64,000 bases of DNA from an uncultured virus (IMG/VR IMGVR_UViG_3300030372_005500) (taxonomy: Duplodnaviria > Heunggongvirae > Uroviricota > Caudoviricetes), in IMG/VR virus record IMGVR_UViG_3300030372_005500; one strand, written 5' to 3'. The first letter of the stretch is position 1. Every line of letters begins with the position of its first letter. Both the position numbers and the translations under genes were made by a program. Shown here piece after piece: positions 32,691 through 41,569 of the stretch. The notes beneath the pieces were generated by a model, which saw only the letters and a program-made list of their open reading frames with translations, was not told the origin of the DNA and searched no databases.

Positions 32691-33795
32691 ATTCAAAATA
32701 AGAGATTCACAAGTAAAATATCAGGAAGATAAAGAAAAGAGACCTCTATCAAAATATGAAATGATTAATAGGGGATATAATTCAAATTTAACATTTACTA
32801 CACAAGAGCAAATGAGAAGAAGTGCAGTCAAAGAATTTTCATATGGTGGCCGTTACTATGATGTACAGGAAGTTTCAGGAAAGAGAAGAAGAAAATATGG
32901 AGAAATGGGTCCCCAAGTATTCATACCACCTCAAGACAGACTTTACAACGGAGCTATGGTGTGGACAAGAGATTATAGAAGCCCAGTAGATGCTGAAACT
33001 TTATATTCTACTCAGGTTAAGAGTGATGCTGACCTATCAAGAAGGCCAGCACATATATTGTCAGTCTATTCAAACCCTACGAGGGAAGAAAAAAGATTTG
33101 AGATATATCAATTTGAGGAAGTAAGCGACAAAATCTATGGCAAACCAGTCTCAGCAGCCGAAAGGAAGAAAGCAGCATTTGCACAGAAGAGAGGTGAAAC
33201 ATTCCCAGAAGGTTTGAAGGACTTAGAAGCCCCGAAACAATCTACTACTACGGACCTAAGGAATTCTGGAAATATAGAAGACAAAGTAAAATTAGATTTA
33301 TTACAAAGAGGAATGACAGTAGAACCAGGCAATCGCTTTGGTTCCTTATTTATTGCAAGAGACAGTTATGAAAGAGACCCTGTCACTGGAGCAAAATTAA
33401 ATCATTCAGATTATTCTATCGCAGTTATCCCAGAATCAAGTGAAGTACCTTATTGGACATTAACAGGACTTACAAGAGTAACTAAAGCTACTGGAAAAGG
33501 ACAATATATTATAGCTATTGTAGCAGATGATGGAAAAGTAAGATATGTTGCCTTTGATAGAATTGGCGGAGGAAAGAATGGTCCTCGCAATAATTGGAAA
33601 GTAAGAAAGAGATTACAAGACTCAGGAATAGAGTTTAAACGAGGTTTCTGGAACGAAACAAATAAGAATAAGAACCTAAGGCGTGAGATCAACAATCATT
33701 ATTTCGGAGGGCCTTCTGATTTTCATTTAAGCAAAGAAGAAAGAAAGAAACGCTGGTCAGCATATAGAGATGAAGGCAAAAGGGAGTTTAATTGA
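32683..33795 (+). CDS. Protein with a tRNA-intron endonuclease (EndA/Sen) catalytic-domain homologue at about 33277-33564
   Basis: DLLQRGMTVEPGNRFG..YER..HSDY..V.PE..LTGLTRV..GK..IIAIVADDG.V.Y matches the archaeal EndA C-terminal pattern DL..RGY.VK.G.KYG.DF..YE..HS.Y.V.V..E..L.G..RVA.SVRK..LIAIVD.DG...Y (recalled, not searched). Confidence 0.75.
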   Translation: MPKFKIRDSQVKYQEDKEKRPLSKYEMINRGYNSNLTFTTQEQMRRSAVKEFSYGGRYYDVQEVSGKRRRKYGEMGPQVFIPPQDRLYNGAMVWTRDYRSPVDAETLYSTQVKSDADLSRRPAHILSVYSNPTREEKRFEIYQFEEVSDKIYGKPVSAAERKKAAFAQKRGETFPEGLKDLEAPKQSTTTDLRNSGNIEDKVKLDLLQRGMTVEPGNRFGSLFIARDSYERDPVTGAKLNHSDYSIAVIPESSEVPYWTLTGLTRVTKATGKGQYIIAIVADDGKVRYVAFDRIGGGKNGPRNNWKVRKRLQDSGIEFKRGFWNETNKNKNLRREINNHYFGGPSDFHLSKEERKKRWSAYRDEGKREFN

Positions 33796-33986
33796 TGGGT
33801 AAGAAATCAAAACACTATTTCAGAGACGGAACACCATATAAGGGGCCTTATCATAAGATGCCTGATGGTACCTTAGATACAGGAAAGACACACACCAGTA
33901 GTTCAGTGAGAATATTCCATCTTAATGAGTTGCCAACAAAAGCAGCAAAAGCAAAAGCAAGGAGATTTGAATTCAAACTTAAATGA
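33795..33986 (+). CDS. Small His-rich basic protein of a type common in marine viruses
   Basis: HYFRDGTPYKGPYHKMPDG..TGKTH motif. Confidence 0.6.
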   Translation: MGKKSKHYFRDGTPYKGPYHKMPDGTLDTGKTHTSSSVRIFHLNELPTKAAKAKARRFEFKLK

Positions 33987-34555
33987 GCGATAGATACAGT
34001 TCAGGTTATTCCGCAGCATTAAAGAAGAACAGAGAGCAAGAGAAGCGTCAACAGAAAAGAATTGAATTAAAAGAAAAAGCAAAATCATTTTTACCAAGCA
34101 ATCCATTTAGGGCAAGAGCAAAAGACAATGAAGGCATAAGAACTTCAAACAAGTTTAGTAGACAAATACCAAAGAGCGGCAATAGGCCACGCAATGTAAT
34201 TTATGTTTTAGGTAAAGTTAAAGAAGCAAATGACCCTAATCTAACTCAAAAAACAAGATTTAAGAGATTAGATGAGGCTGAAAGAAGGATACAGCAAGAT
34301 GGTGAAATGAGAGGATATTATACTAAACATGCACAAATAATAACGGGCGGAAGGCCGACTGAATCTGAAAAAGAAGCTGCAAAACAATTTGTAAATAGCT
34401 CAATAAGGTCATACCCTGGAAACAGTAGAGATAGGCAAGTTAGATTAGGAGTTGCAAGCTGGATGATAACTAAATCAGATTACTTCTGGAACGAAGCAAA
34501 TCGCAGCGGTGCACTTAAATCATATGAAAAATGGGAGAAGAGATACGGTGAGTAA
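33983..34555 (+). CDS. Basic hypothetical protein
   Basis: 190 aa, ATGA overlap. Confidence 0.7.
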   Translation: MSDRYSSGYSAALKKNREQEKRQQKRIELKEKAKSFLPSNPFRARAKDNEGIRTSNKFSRQIPKSGNRPRNVIYVLGKVKEANDPNLTQKTRFKRLDEAERRIQQDGEMRGYYTKHAQIITGGRPTESEKEAAKQFVNSSIRSYPGNSRDRQVRLGVASWMITKSDYFWNEANRSGALKSYEKWEKRYGE

Positions 34556-34826
34556 ATATCGATTAAAAAAAGCTGGAGTTTCAAAATACAATACTCCAAA
34601 ACGCACGCCCAATCATAAAACGAAATCTCATATTGTTGTAGCTAAAGATGGAGATAAAATAAAAACTATAAGATTTGGACAACAAGGTGTAAAAGGCTCT
34701 CCAAAGAAGAAAGGCGAAAGCAAAGCATACAGAATGAGAAGATTATCTTTTAAGGCAAGACATGCCAAGAATATTAAGAAAGGTAAACTTTCAGCAGCAT
34801 ATTGGTCAGATAAGGTGAAATGGTAA
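34548..34826 (+). CDS. Small basic viral protein (IRFGQQG...SFKARH...SAAYW..KVKW type)
   Basis: Motif pattern recalled from marine phage hypothetical proteins; likely GTG start 34548. Confidence 0.65.
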   Translation: MSKYRLKKAGVSKYNTPKRTPNHKTKSHIVVAKDGDKIKTIRFGQQGVKGSPKKKGESKAYRMRRLSFKARHAKNIKKGKLSAAYWSDKVKW

Positions 34827-35557
34827 TGAGTAGATATCGAAGAAGAGCACCGCCAGTTTCCAGAACAACTCCTTTCAAAAAGGGAGTAAGTCCTACTTTA
34901 CAGATAAGACAACAAGTCCAGGATGCTGAAAAAAACAGAGAAAAAGATTATCAAAAGAGGCGTGAACAGTTAAGGGAAAGAATAAATGCCCGTGTTAAGC
35001 AATTAGAACAGTATAGATCACAATTAACAGAAGTTCAAGCAGTAGGTCAAGCAGTTTCAAGGAAAGAAGCTAAAGATAACATAAAAAAGAATAAACAAGA
35101 AGTTAAGAAAAGAAAGACCTACATTGATGCCTCTGGTAAGAAAATAAAAGAAGACCAAAATACAAAAAAGGTAATGAATAAGGCAGTAATTTCTCTACCA
35201 CCTAAGAAAGTATTTTCTAACCCAGATACCTGGGTTAAGATAGATATGGATGGTGACAGAAGCACTGAAAACGATAAGTGGAAATTAGAAGATATTGAAA
35301 AGACAATGAACTTATTTGTAAAACAAGGTAAGGCCGTAACTGCAGACCCAAGCGAAATAAAGGAAACAACAGGAGGGCAGAATGTATACAAGTATTCTGG
35401 AAAAACACTTTGGGAAGGAGTTACAGTAATCTATGATGAGGATTCAAAAGAAATATGGGCAAAACAAGAGATTAAAAAGCCCAGACAGGTAGAATATACC
35501 AAAAACGAATTAGCCAACTTCGCAGTAAGCGAAGACGGTTTTGCGGAGGACTTCTAA
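34826..35557 (+). CDS. Hypothetical protein with N-terminal coiled coil
   Basis: TAATG coupling; MSRYRRR start. Confidence 0.7.
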   Translation: MSRYRRRAPPVSRTTPFKKGVSPTLQIRQQVQDAEKNREKDYQKRREQLRERINARVKQLEQYRSQLTEVQAVGQAVSRKEAKDNIKKNKQEVKKRKTYIDASGKKIKEDQNTKKVMNKAVISLPPKKVFSNPDTWVKIDMDGDRSTENDKWKLEDIEKTMNLFVKQGKAVTADPSEIKETTGGQNVYKYSGKTLWEGVTVIYDEDSKEIWAKQEIKKPRQVEYTKNELANFAVSEDGFAEDF

Positions 35558-35809
35558 ATGAGTGCAGCAAAGATAGCTGGTTATTTAGCTCCCTATTTAG
35601 TCAAAGAAGGCATTGACATGGCCAAACCGAAGGTAAAGGGATTCTTTACCAAAGAAGAACACACCCATGCTGATGGTTCAAAAACCACTCAGGAAATAAA
35701 AGGTGATATCAAGGGCGGTAAGGCAAAGAATGTTGAAGTCAAGACTAAATCAGATGGATCTATAACACCAGTAAAAGAAACAAAAGTAACATACAAACTA
35801 AAAAAGTAA
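35558..35809 (+). CDS. Small basic hypothetical protein
   Basis: 83 aa, GGAGG upstream. Confidence 0.65.
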   Translation: MSAAKIAGYLAPYLVKEGIDMAKPKVKGFFTKEEHTHADGSKTTQEIKGDIKGGKAKNVEVKTKSDGSITPVKETKVTYKLKK

Positions 35810-36268
35810 ATGAATAAAATAAGTAGCAGTAAGCCAAGAGTACGTAGCTCTAAAGTAAATATGGCAGGTAATTATACCAAGCCTAAATTGAGGAAGAATT
35901 TATTTTTTAAAATAAAGTCTGGAAGCAAAGGCGGTTCTGCAGGACAATGGTCCGCACGTAAAGCTCAGTTACTAAGTAAGCAATATGAATCAGCAGGAGG
36001 TGGCTATTCTATGGGTGTTAAGAAATCACAAAAATCACTAAGAAATTGGACTGATGAAAATTGGGATTATGTAACCAAGTCAGATAGTAAAAAGCCTAAA
36101 TCTAAAAGAGGCAGATATTTACCTAAAGAAGTCAGGATGAACTTAACTCCATCTGAAAAGAAAATAACTAATATGAAAAAAAGAAAGGCAGGCGGAGTAG
36201 GAACCAGAGTAAGTTATTCGAAGAATATAGCTAAGATGGTAAATCAAACAAGGAGTTCTAAAAAATGA
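35810..36268 (+). CDS. DUF5872-like basic viral protein
   Basis: YTKP.LR...GSKGG..GQWSARKAQ....Y...GGGY and L..WT.E.W...RYLP motifs. Confidence 0.65.
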   Translation: MNKISSSKPRVRSSKVNMAGNYTKPKLRKNLFFKIKSGSKGGSAGQWSARKAQLLSKQYESAGGGYSMGVKKSQKSLRNWTDENWDYVTKSDSKKPKSKRGRYLPKEVRMNLTPSEKKITNMKKRKAGGVGTRVSYSKNIAKMVNQTRSSKK

Positions 36269-36918
36269 GTAAAATAAAATTCAAGCTCTCTTCAGAGAGT
36301 AAGCCGAGCGTGCTAAAGCCCACCTTCTACGTTAAGGAGGAAATAGGTACAGTTCCTGTTAAACAAAAAAAGACTTTTTACAAGGGAGTAAGGATAACAA
36401 ATAAATTATCTGATGACTTAGGACTTCCTAAACAGGCAAAGCAGGGTGCGAAGGAGATATTCAGAAGATATAGTAATTCTGGAGCTATGCAAGGGCGTAA
36501 GACAGAAGATTCTGCGGTAGCAAGTGTTTATCTTGCAGCAAGGCAAGCTAATTTCCCAAGAAGTTTAGATGCAATAAGTAAGAAGAGCGATATATCTAAA
36601 GTAAGAATAAGTAGGGCTGCTAAATCAATTAACAAATCTCAGAAACTTGCAATAAAGCCTCCTGCAGCACCAGAACTTATAGGAGCTGCAGCATCAAAAC
36701 TTAAGTTAAGGCCACAACAGACAAGTAAATCAATAACTAAAGCAAATACATATTTCACAAAAGGTTTCGCAGGAAGTTCTGCACCAAGTTCTGTAGCAGC
36801 AGTAGCAGTTTATAATTCGAGCGATAAGACTCAAAAGCAAGTTTCAGCTGCATTTGGTATAAGTGAAACAACACTAAGAAACACCAGGAAGAGAATAATG
36901 AAAAATGGAGGTAAATAG
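36265..36918 (+). CDS. tfb: TFIIB/TFB core-like protein (two cyclin folds plus C-terminal HTH, no Zn-ribbon)
   Basis: LSDDLGLP..AKEIFR..QGRK.E..AVASVYLAARQ..FPRSLD.I; second repeat ending KTQKQVSAAFGISETTLRN (TFB BRE-binding HTH pattern). Confidence 0.8.
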   Translation: MSKIKFKLSSESKPSVLKPTFYVKEEIGTVPVKQKKTFYKGVRITNKLSDDLGLPKQAKQGAKEIFRRYSNSGAMQGRKTEDSAVASVYLAARQANFPRSLDAISKKSDISKVRISRAAKSINKSQKLAIKPPAAPELIGAAASKLKLRPQQTSKSITKANTYFTKGFAGSSAPSSVAAVAVYNSSDKTQKQVSAAFGISETTLRNTRKRIMKNGGK

Positions 36919-36947
36919 GTTATATAACCATTTACTTACAGTTATAT
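36918..36947 (+). promoter_or_regulatory. Putative archaeal TATA box for a leaderless transcript
   Basis: TTATATAA at about 36920-36927, about 20 nt before ATG 36948, no SD. Confidence 0.4.
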
Positions 36948-37163
36948 ATGTCAAAGTACCCTCCTTCACAGAGATATTACGTCGTTAACAAATTAGGCGG
37001 AGTTTGGAATCTTTATAGTGCGCCAGACAAAAAAACTGCATTTAAATTTAAGGAAAGAGTTCAGAAAGATATGGGCAAAGGCTATGTCAAAGATATAGTT
37101 CGTGGTCAAGAACAAGCCTTCCTAATAAGAGATATAGCAAGAAAGGAGGACAAGAAGAAATAA
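36948..37163 (+). CDS. Small basic hypothetical protein
   Basis: 71 aa ORF. Confidence 0.65.
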   Translation: MSKYPPSQRYYVVNKLGGVWNLYSAPDKKTAFKFKERVQKDMGKGYVKDIVRGQEQAFLIRDIARKEDKKK

Positions 37164-37291
37164 TGACTGAAGAAAAACCCAGAAAGAATAAGACAAAAAT
37201 ATACATTTGTACTTGCGTTCACGGGCATCAAAACTGTAGCTGTAAGGGAACTGGTTACATAGAGGGAGTCACATGCGCTATCTTAGCTTAA
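37163..37291 (+). CDS. 42 aa Cys-rich microprotein (CTC..H..CSCKGTG)
   Basis: TAATG-coupled, GGAGG upstream; not in ORF track. Confidence 0.5.
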   Translation: MTEEKPRKNKTKIYICTCVHGHQNCSCKGTGYIEGVTCAILA

Positions 37292-39057
37292 TTCTATCTT
37301 TTATTTTACTAATACCAACCGCAAGCGCATATGAGTGGGGTCCTCCATCATATCACTCAGAAGAGGGTTGGATCTATGGTGACGGTTCAGATTGGAATAG
37401 TACTACTTATGCTTCTCAAGTAATAACTATCAGTGGCGACGGAGAGAAGATTTCCTTTGTAAACAATAGTAAATTGTATACGTTAGATAAAGAAGGAGAG
37501 GTATTATGGTCGCATCAGTTTAATTCTTCCATCCGAACAACAAGTGTTGATTCCGACACTACGGGCCAGATTATAGTCGTAGCTGGTGCGACACTAAATG
37601 GTGGAATACTATACTGTTTCAATAATGATAATTTAGTTTTCAAGAATGAAGAAGACAATATTATCACTTCAGCAAGATTAAGTGACGATGGAAGCACGGT
37701 AATCTATGGAACAGACAGTATTTCAGGCAATATGTCTCGTTTAGCAGTATTAGATACTGAAACTGGTGATGAAATTTGGAATTCAGATGGTAAAGTTTTT
37801 GAGAGTAGTGCCTCATATGATGGATTAGGTGGCTTTCGTTCAGTAAGTCTTTCAGAAGACGGTTCTTATGCCGTAGGTGGTTATTGGGATATAGATGATT
37901 CAAGCGGTTTTATTATTTTTATTAATGTTGCACAGAATTATGTAATATGGATGAATGGAGCATTTGGAGAAATAACTACCGTAGATTTAACGCCTGATGG
38001 ACAGAAATTAGCTGCAGGAACGGCTACAGGAAAGATTTATTATTTTGGAGAGTCCACAGAAACTTATGAGCCAACCTGGACAGACCAATGGAAAATAGAA
38101 GGTGGCGTTATGGAAGTGGAGATCTCAGACAATGGTCAATACTTAGTTGCAGGCGGTGGAAATATACAAGTAATTAATGCAACTGGACAATTATCGTTCT
38201 ATAATACAGATGGCGAAACACTTTGGAGTAAGAAGGCAAATGGTTGGAATGGAATGGGGCTTGTGATATCAGTTGCAATAAGTGATAGTGGTAATTTAGT
38301 AAGTGCATCTACTCTTAATGGCCAGTTACTTGCAATAGATACAGTTAAAGGTGAGATTTATTATCAATATACTATAGACATACCATTAGACAGTGATGAA
38401 GATGGATTAAATGATGATTACGAGAGAGAGATAGGTACCGACCCTAATAATCCAGACACAGATGGAGATGGTTTAACAGATTATGAAGAAGATTTAATAG
38501 GAACTGACCCTACTGTGCCTGATACAGACGGGGATGGCTTAAGTGATTGGGAAGAAGAAGTAATAGATACTGACCCATTAGACCCAGATACAGATGATGA
38601 CGGTATTGGCGATGCAGAAGAATATGAGCATGATAGTGACCCCTTAGACCCTGATTCTTGGCCAGATTATGATGAAGATAATGAACCAGATACAGATAAT
38701 CAATTAGATAATAGAGACCCAATTAACGATTTAGAAGATATACCTGATAGGGACGACACTGACCTACCTGAATCTTTAGTAGACTTTCAGGAAATAGTTT
38801 ACGTTGATGAGAATAACACATATATTCAGTTTTTAGACTGTATGCCAAATTGCCCACCTATGCAAAGTGTAGATATGAGCGATAATGGAGATACAACAAT
38901 AACATTCGGAGAAGGTAGGCTTTCTTTTTCAATAACAATTACAGACCCACTTGAATTTAGTGAGTATGTTTCTGAGGCTTGGAGTGGCAGTTATCTTGGT
39001 GCATTTGTATTATTGGCGATAGGCTTTATAGGGTGGAATGCTGGGAGGAAAAAGTGA
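37273..39057 (+). CDS. Secreted beta-propeller protein with Ca-binding DTDGDGL (thrombospondin type 3-like) repeats and C-terminal TM anchor
   Basis: Signal peptide, ISGDG/LSDDG/ISDNG repeats, four D.D.DG(L/I).D..E...GTDP repeats, TM at the end. Confidence 0.8.
   Translation: MRYLSLILSFILLIPTASAYEWGPPSYHSEEGWIYGDGSDWNSTTYASQVITISGDGEKISFVNNSKLYTLDKEGEVLWSHQFNSSIRTTSVDSDTTGQIIVVAGATLNGGILYCFNNDNLVFKNEEDNIITSARLSDDGSTVIYGTDSISGNMSRLAVLDTETGDEIWNSDGKVFESSASYDGLGGFRSVSLSEDGSYAVGGYWDIDDSSGFIIFINVAQNYVIWMNGAFGEITTVDLTPDGQKLAAGTATGKIYYFGESTETYEPTWTDQWKIEGGVMEVEISDNGQYLVAGGGNIQVINATGQLSFYNTDGETLWSKKANGWNGMGLVISVAISDSGNLVSASTLNGQLLAIDTVKGEIYYQYTIDIPLDSDEDGLNDDYEREIGTDPNNPDTDGDGLTDYEEDLIGTDPTVPDTDGDGLSDWEEEVIDTDPLDPDTDDDGIGDAEEYEHDSDPLDPDSWPDYDEDNEPDTDNQLDNRDPINDLEDIPDRDDTDLPESLVDFQEIVYVDENNTYIQFLDCMPNCPPMQSVDMSDNGDTTITFGEGRLSFSITITDPLEFSEYVSEAWSGSYLGAFVLLAIGFIGWNAGRKK
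38389..38655 (+). repeat. Coding tandem repeats of about 66 nt (DTDGDGLxDxEE..GTDP)
   Basis: Four imperfect 22-aa units. Confidence 0.75.
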
Positions 39058-39488
39058 CCAAAGTAGTTGGAGCAAGTAATCGCAAGGAAACAACCTGGCA
39101 AAAGACAAAAAGATATGCCTCGTATACCAGTCCAAGTTACCAAGCATTCAGATATGGTTATACAATTGGAGATTATAAGTATAAAGTTCCAAAAACAAAG
39201 GAAGTTAAGATTAATTCATTATATGTGAAACCAGATACAAAGCCAAATGAGGCTCAAATTGAGAAATTTGTAAAAGAATACAAAGAAACTGGCAAATGTC
39301 CTAAGATAGGAGTGGTAGTTGACTCAAAAGGCAGGAAACTGGTTGTAAGTGGCGTTAATGGCGTCATAGCCGCTGATAGAGTAGGGAAGGCTAAGGTAGA
39401 GGTTTTGGACGCTAAAACACTGCCTCTTGACAAATTCCCCCAGAAATGGAAATTTGAATGGAAGAAATACAGGAGTAAGAAATGGTAG
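39054..39488 (+). CDS. Basic protein with a degenerate ParB/Srx-like domain
   Basis: PKIGVVVD...[23 protein letters not shown] resembles ParB-N P.I.V.....I.DG.HR..AA...G...V; likely GTG start 39054. Confidence 0.45.
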   Translation: MTKVVGASNRKETTWQKTKRYASYTSPSYQAFRYGYTIGDYKYKVPKTKEVKINSLYVKPDTKPNEAQIEKFVKEYKETGKCPKIGVVVDSKGRKLVVSGVNGVIAADRVGKAKVEVLDAKTLPLDKFPQKWKFEWKKYRSKKW

Positions 39489-39703
39489 CAACATACGACG
39501 AAACTACAGAGATACTAAAGATATTGACTAAATATATCAAGGATCATGGTAAAATTAAGGATTTCGCAAAAGAACTGGTTTCAAAAGTGGGTCGAAAGAC
39601 AGATAATCAGAGTTTGAAAGAAACCTTAACATTATTTTATCAGATAATACTTGATAGACAGGTATCAGAAGCAGGTTTTGCAGTCAATAGTAGCAGTATT
39701 TAG
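39482..39703 (+). CDS. Hypothetical protein
   Basis: 73 aa ORF ending the left operon. Confidence 0.6.
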   Translation: MVATYDETTEILKILTKYIKDHGKIKDFAKELVSKVGRKTDNQSLKETLTLFYQIILDRQVSEAGFAVNSSSI

Positions 39704-39704
39704 C

Positions 39705-39904
39705 TTAAAAAAGCACCTTTATATACTACTTATACCTATATAAGGGTAGAGACAAAGTTTGAGTATTTTACTTGTAATTCCTACTTATTAGGGCCTCTCA
39801 AAAGGAGGTAGTTCCGATTTGGAAGGGTTACATATGATTTTTAGGAGTCTTACTGATTATTTTGCGTGATTAATCAGGCTTAAAGAGAGTTATAGTAATT
39901 ATTC
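39705..39904 (+). promoter_or_regulatory. Intergenic control region with TATA-like boxes upstream of the hairpin-punctuated array
   Basis: TTTATATA at about 39718 after an A-rich BRE-like run; TTAAAG at about 39880, about 25 nt before the first hairpin. Confidence 0.4.
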
Positions 39905-39975
39905 CCATATTCTTCGGAATATGGCGGTTCGGGGGTAGCGACCTGAGTCGTTAGTACGCAATAAGTTAGCGCAGT
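39905..39975 (+). ncRNA. Structured 5' leader of the array
   Basis: CCATATTC-TTCG-GAATATGG hairpin (39905-39924) followed by a GU-rich stem (about 39923-39952). Confidence 0.4.
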
Positions 39976-40003
39976 AGGCCTTCGGGCCTTCAGGTGAAAA
40001 ACC

Positions 40004-40258
40004 ATGTTTAACATACAAACAGCAATAATAGCAACATGTCTATCACTAATTGGACTAATATTAGCCCACGTTAGTGTGACAGTAGAACCAAGCATAGCAA
40101 CAGCAGCAGGAATATTTTGGCTAATAAATGCCTTCGCCCTGGTGCTAAACATAATGCTAACGCCATTTACACCATTGGCATCAGTAACAGCATGCTTTAA
40201 TTGGATAAATCTCCAAATTTTAGCATACTATTGTGATGGTCATGGAGTGGTGTGGTAG
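40004..40258 (+). CDS. Small membrane protein (2-3 TM)
   Basis: 84 aa hydrophobic; element plus AGGTGA SD upstream. Confidence 0.7.
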   Translation: MFNIQTAIIATCLSLIGLILAHVSVTVEPSIATAAGIFWLINAFALVLNIMLTPFTPLASVTACFNWINLQILAYYCDGHGVVW

Positions 40259-40288
40259 AAGGGCCTTCGGGCCGTCAGGTGAAAAACC

Positions 40289-40426
40289 ATGGATAAAAAT
40301 AAAATAAAAGAAACCAGAAATAAATATTTGACTCCTTTTGAATTAAAGGAGTTTAAGCAATTGAGAGATTGTAAGGGCCTTCGGGCCGTCATCTGTAATC
40401 ACATCCAGGGCCGTAGGGGTGTGTAG
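40289..40426 (+). CDS. 45 aa hypothetical peptide
   Basis: Element plus AGGTGA SD upstream; reads through the 40376 element. Confidence 0.4.
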   Translation: MDKNKIKETRNKYLTPFELKEFKQLRDCKGLRAVICNHIQGRRGV

Positions 40427-40441
40427 ATCAAGGCCCATCAG

Positions 40442-40801
40442 ATGAGTGAAACACTAATATCAACAAGATGTGTAGAATGTGGCTCAGACACAGTGAAGGA
40501 CGGATATGTGAATAGATGTTCTTACAGTGGTGAAGGTATTGACGCATATAATTGTGGACAATGCCAATCAGCATTAGAATACTACGTTTTTGGGGACTCA
40601 GCATATGAAGATACTGAGACTTACGAAGAAGTAGAAGCAATAGACCATGCAAGGGAAAATGACCCTGATTGGGCTGAAAAACATTGTGACGAAGAGAGCT
40701 ATGAAAAATATCTTGAAGAAAGAATAGAAGAAATAGATAAACAAGACCCAGGTGCAAAACCTTTCAGAGAATTGGTTCAGAGCATTTGGGCAAGGGCTTA
40801 G
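40442..40801 (+). CDS. Zn-ribbon-like acidic protein
   Basis: CVECG and CGQC pairs; element upstream. Confidence 0.7.
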   Translation: MSETLISTRCVECGSDTVKDGYVNRCSYSGEGIDAYNCGQCQSALEYYVFGDSAYEDTETYEEVEAIDHARENDPDWAEKHCDEESYEKYLEERIEEIDKQDPGAKPFRELVQSIWARA

Positions 40802-40819
40802 GCCTGTCAGGTGAAAACC

Positions 40820-41047
40820 ATGGTATCGACAAAATACAAAAAGAATTTCCAGAAAATGGAATTAAAGAAGTTTGGGATATTCAATCCTAAATGGAGCGAG
40901 CCGTTGGAAGTATTTCCAACGCATCAAAAAGCATCAGAAGCACTTATAGATGCCTTTGACCACAGATCAAGGAACTGTATGTGCACAGATTGCTTACAAA
41001 GTGGGATACACGAACCAGAAGTGTGCGTGATACTCCCCGTGGCCTAA
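40820..41047 (+). CDS. Small Cys-containing hypothetical protein
   Basis: CMCTDC; ATG 40820 after GGTGA (or in-frame GTG 40811). Confidence 0.65.
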   Translation: MVSTKYKKNFQKMELKKFGIFNPKWSEPLEVFPTHQKASEALIDAFDHRSRNCMCTDCLQSGIHEPEVCVILPVA

Positions 41048-41099
41048 GGGCCGTCATGTTTTTATATTATTTCGCAGTATATTATAATAGAGCAATCAT

Positions 41100-41393
41100 A
41101 TGGTAAATTTCAATAGAGAAAAAAGAAGCTCAAAACAAATAGATAGACGAGAAGCGAGAAAACTGAAGCTAAGGCTCTTTAGAGTCCATGCGGAGAGTGT
41201 TCAATTACCGTTTATTCTCGTTTGGGCAAAAACAAAAGATGATGCATTAGATTGGGCAAAGCAACAGCCAATAGATGATTGGTATGAGCACGAAACTAAG
41301 CCTCATTTTGTACAGGAACACCAGGCAGAGTTAATTGAGCATGTAAATGACTTAGTTAGCAAAGGTCAGAAAGTTCCAAAGGCAGGGGAGTAA
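41100..41393 (+). CDS. Hypothetical protein
   Basis: 97 aa; ATC-AT-ATG start context; stop in the next hairpin loop. Confidence 0.7.
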   Translation: MVNFNREKRSSKQIDRREARKLKLRLFRVHAESVQLPFILVWAKTKDDALDWAKQQPIDDWYEHETKPHFVQEHQAELIEHVNDLVSKGQKVPKAGE

Positions 41394-41402
41394 TCCCGTC
41401 AC

Positions 41403-41552
41403 ATGAGCGAGAAAACAGCACTTTTTTTTGCTACAATAGATGGATTCGATGATAATAAGTTAGGAAAATTATCAGAAGAAATTGAAGATGTAGGAAAAAA
41501 ATATGGAGTAAAAATTTGGTTGGATGCAGTAATAGAGGCACCAACAGAATAG
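41403..41552 (+). CDS. 49 aa hypothetical protein
   Basis: Bounded exactly by two elements; not in ORF track. Confidence 0.65.
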   Translation: MSEKTALFFATIDGFDDNKLGKLSEEIEDVGKKYGVKIWLDAVIEAPTE

Positions 41553-41569
41553 GGGCGTAAGCCCGTCAG

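Noticed and set aside
37265..37275. GTC-AC-ATG before the 37273 gene resembles the element tail
   Set aside because: No upstream hairpin; an SD-like GAGGGAG explains the start.
39905..39975. Possible tRNA gene
   Set aside because: No cloverleaf, T-loop consensus or acceptor stem could be built.
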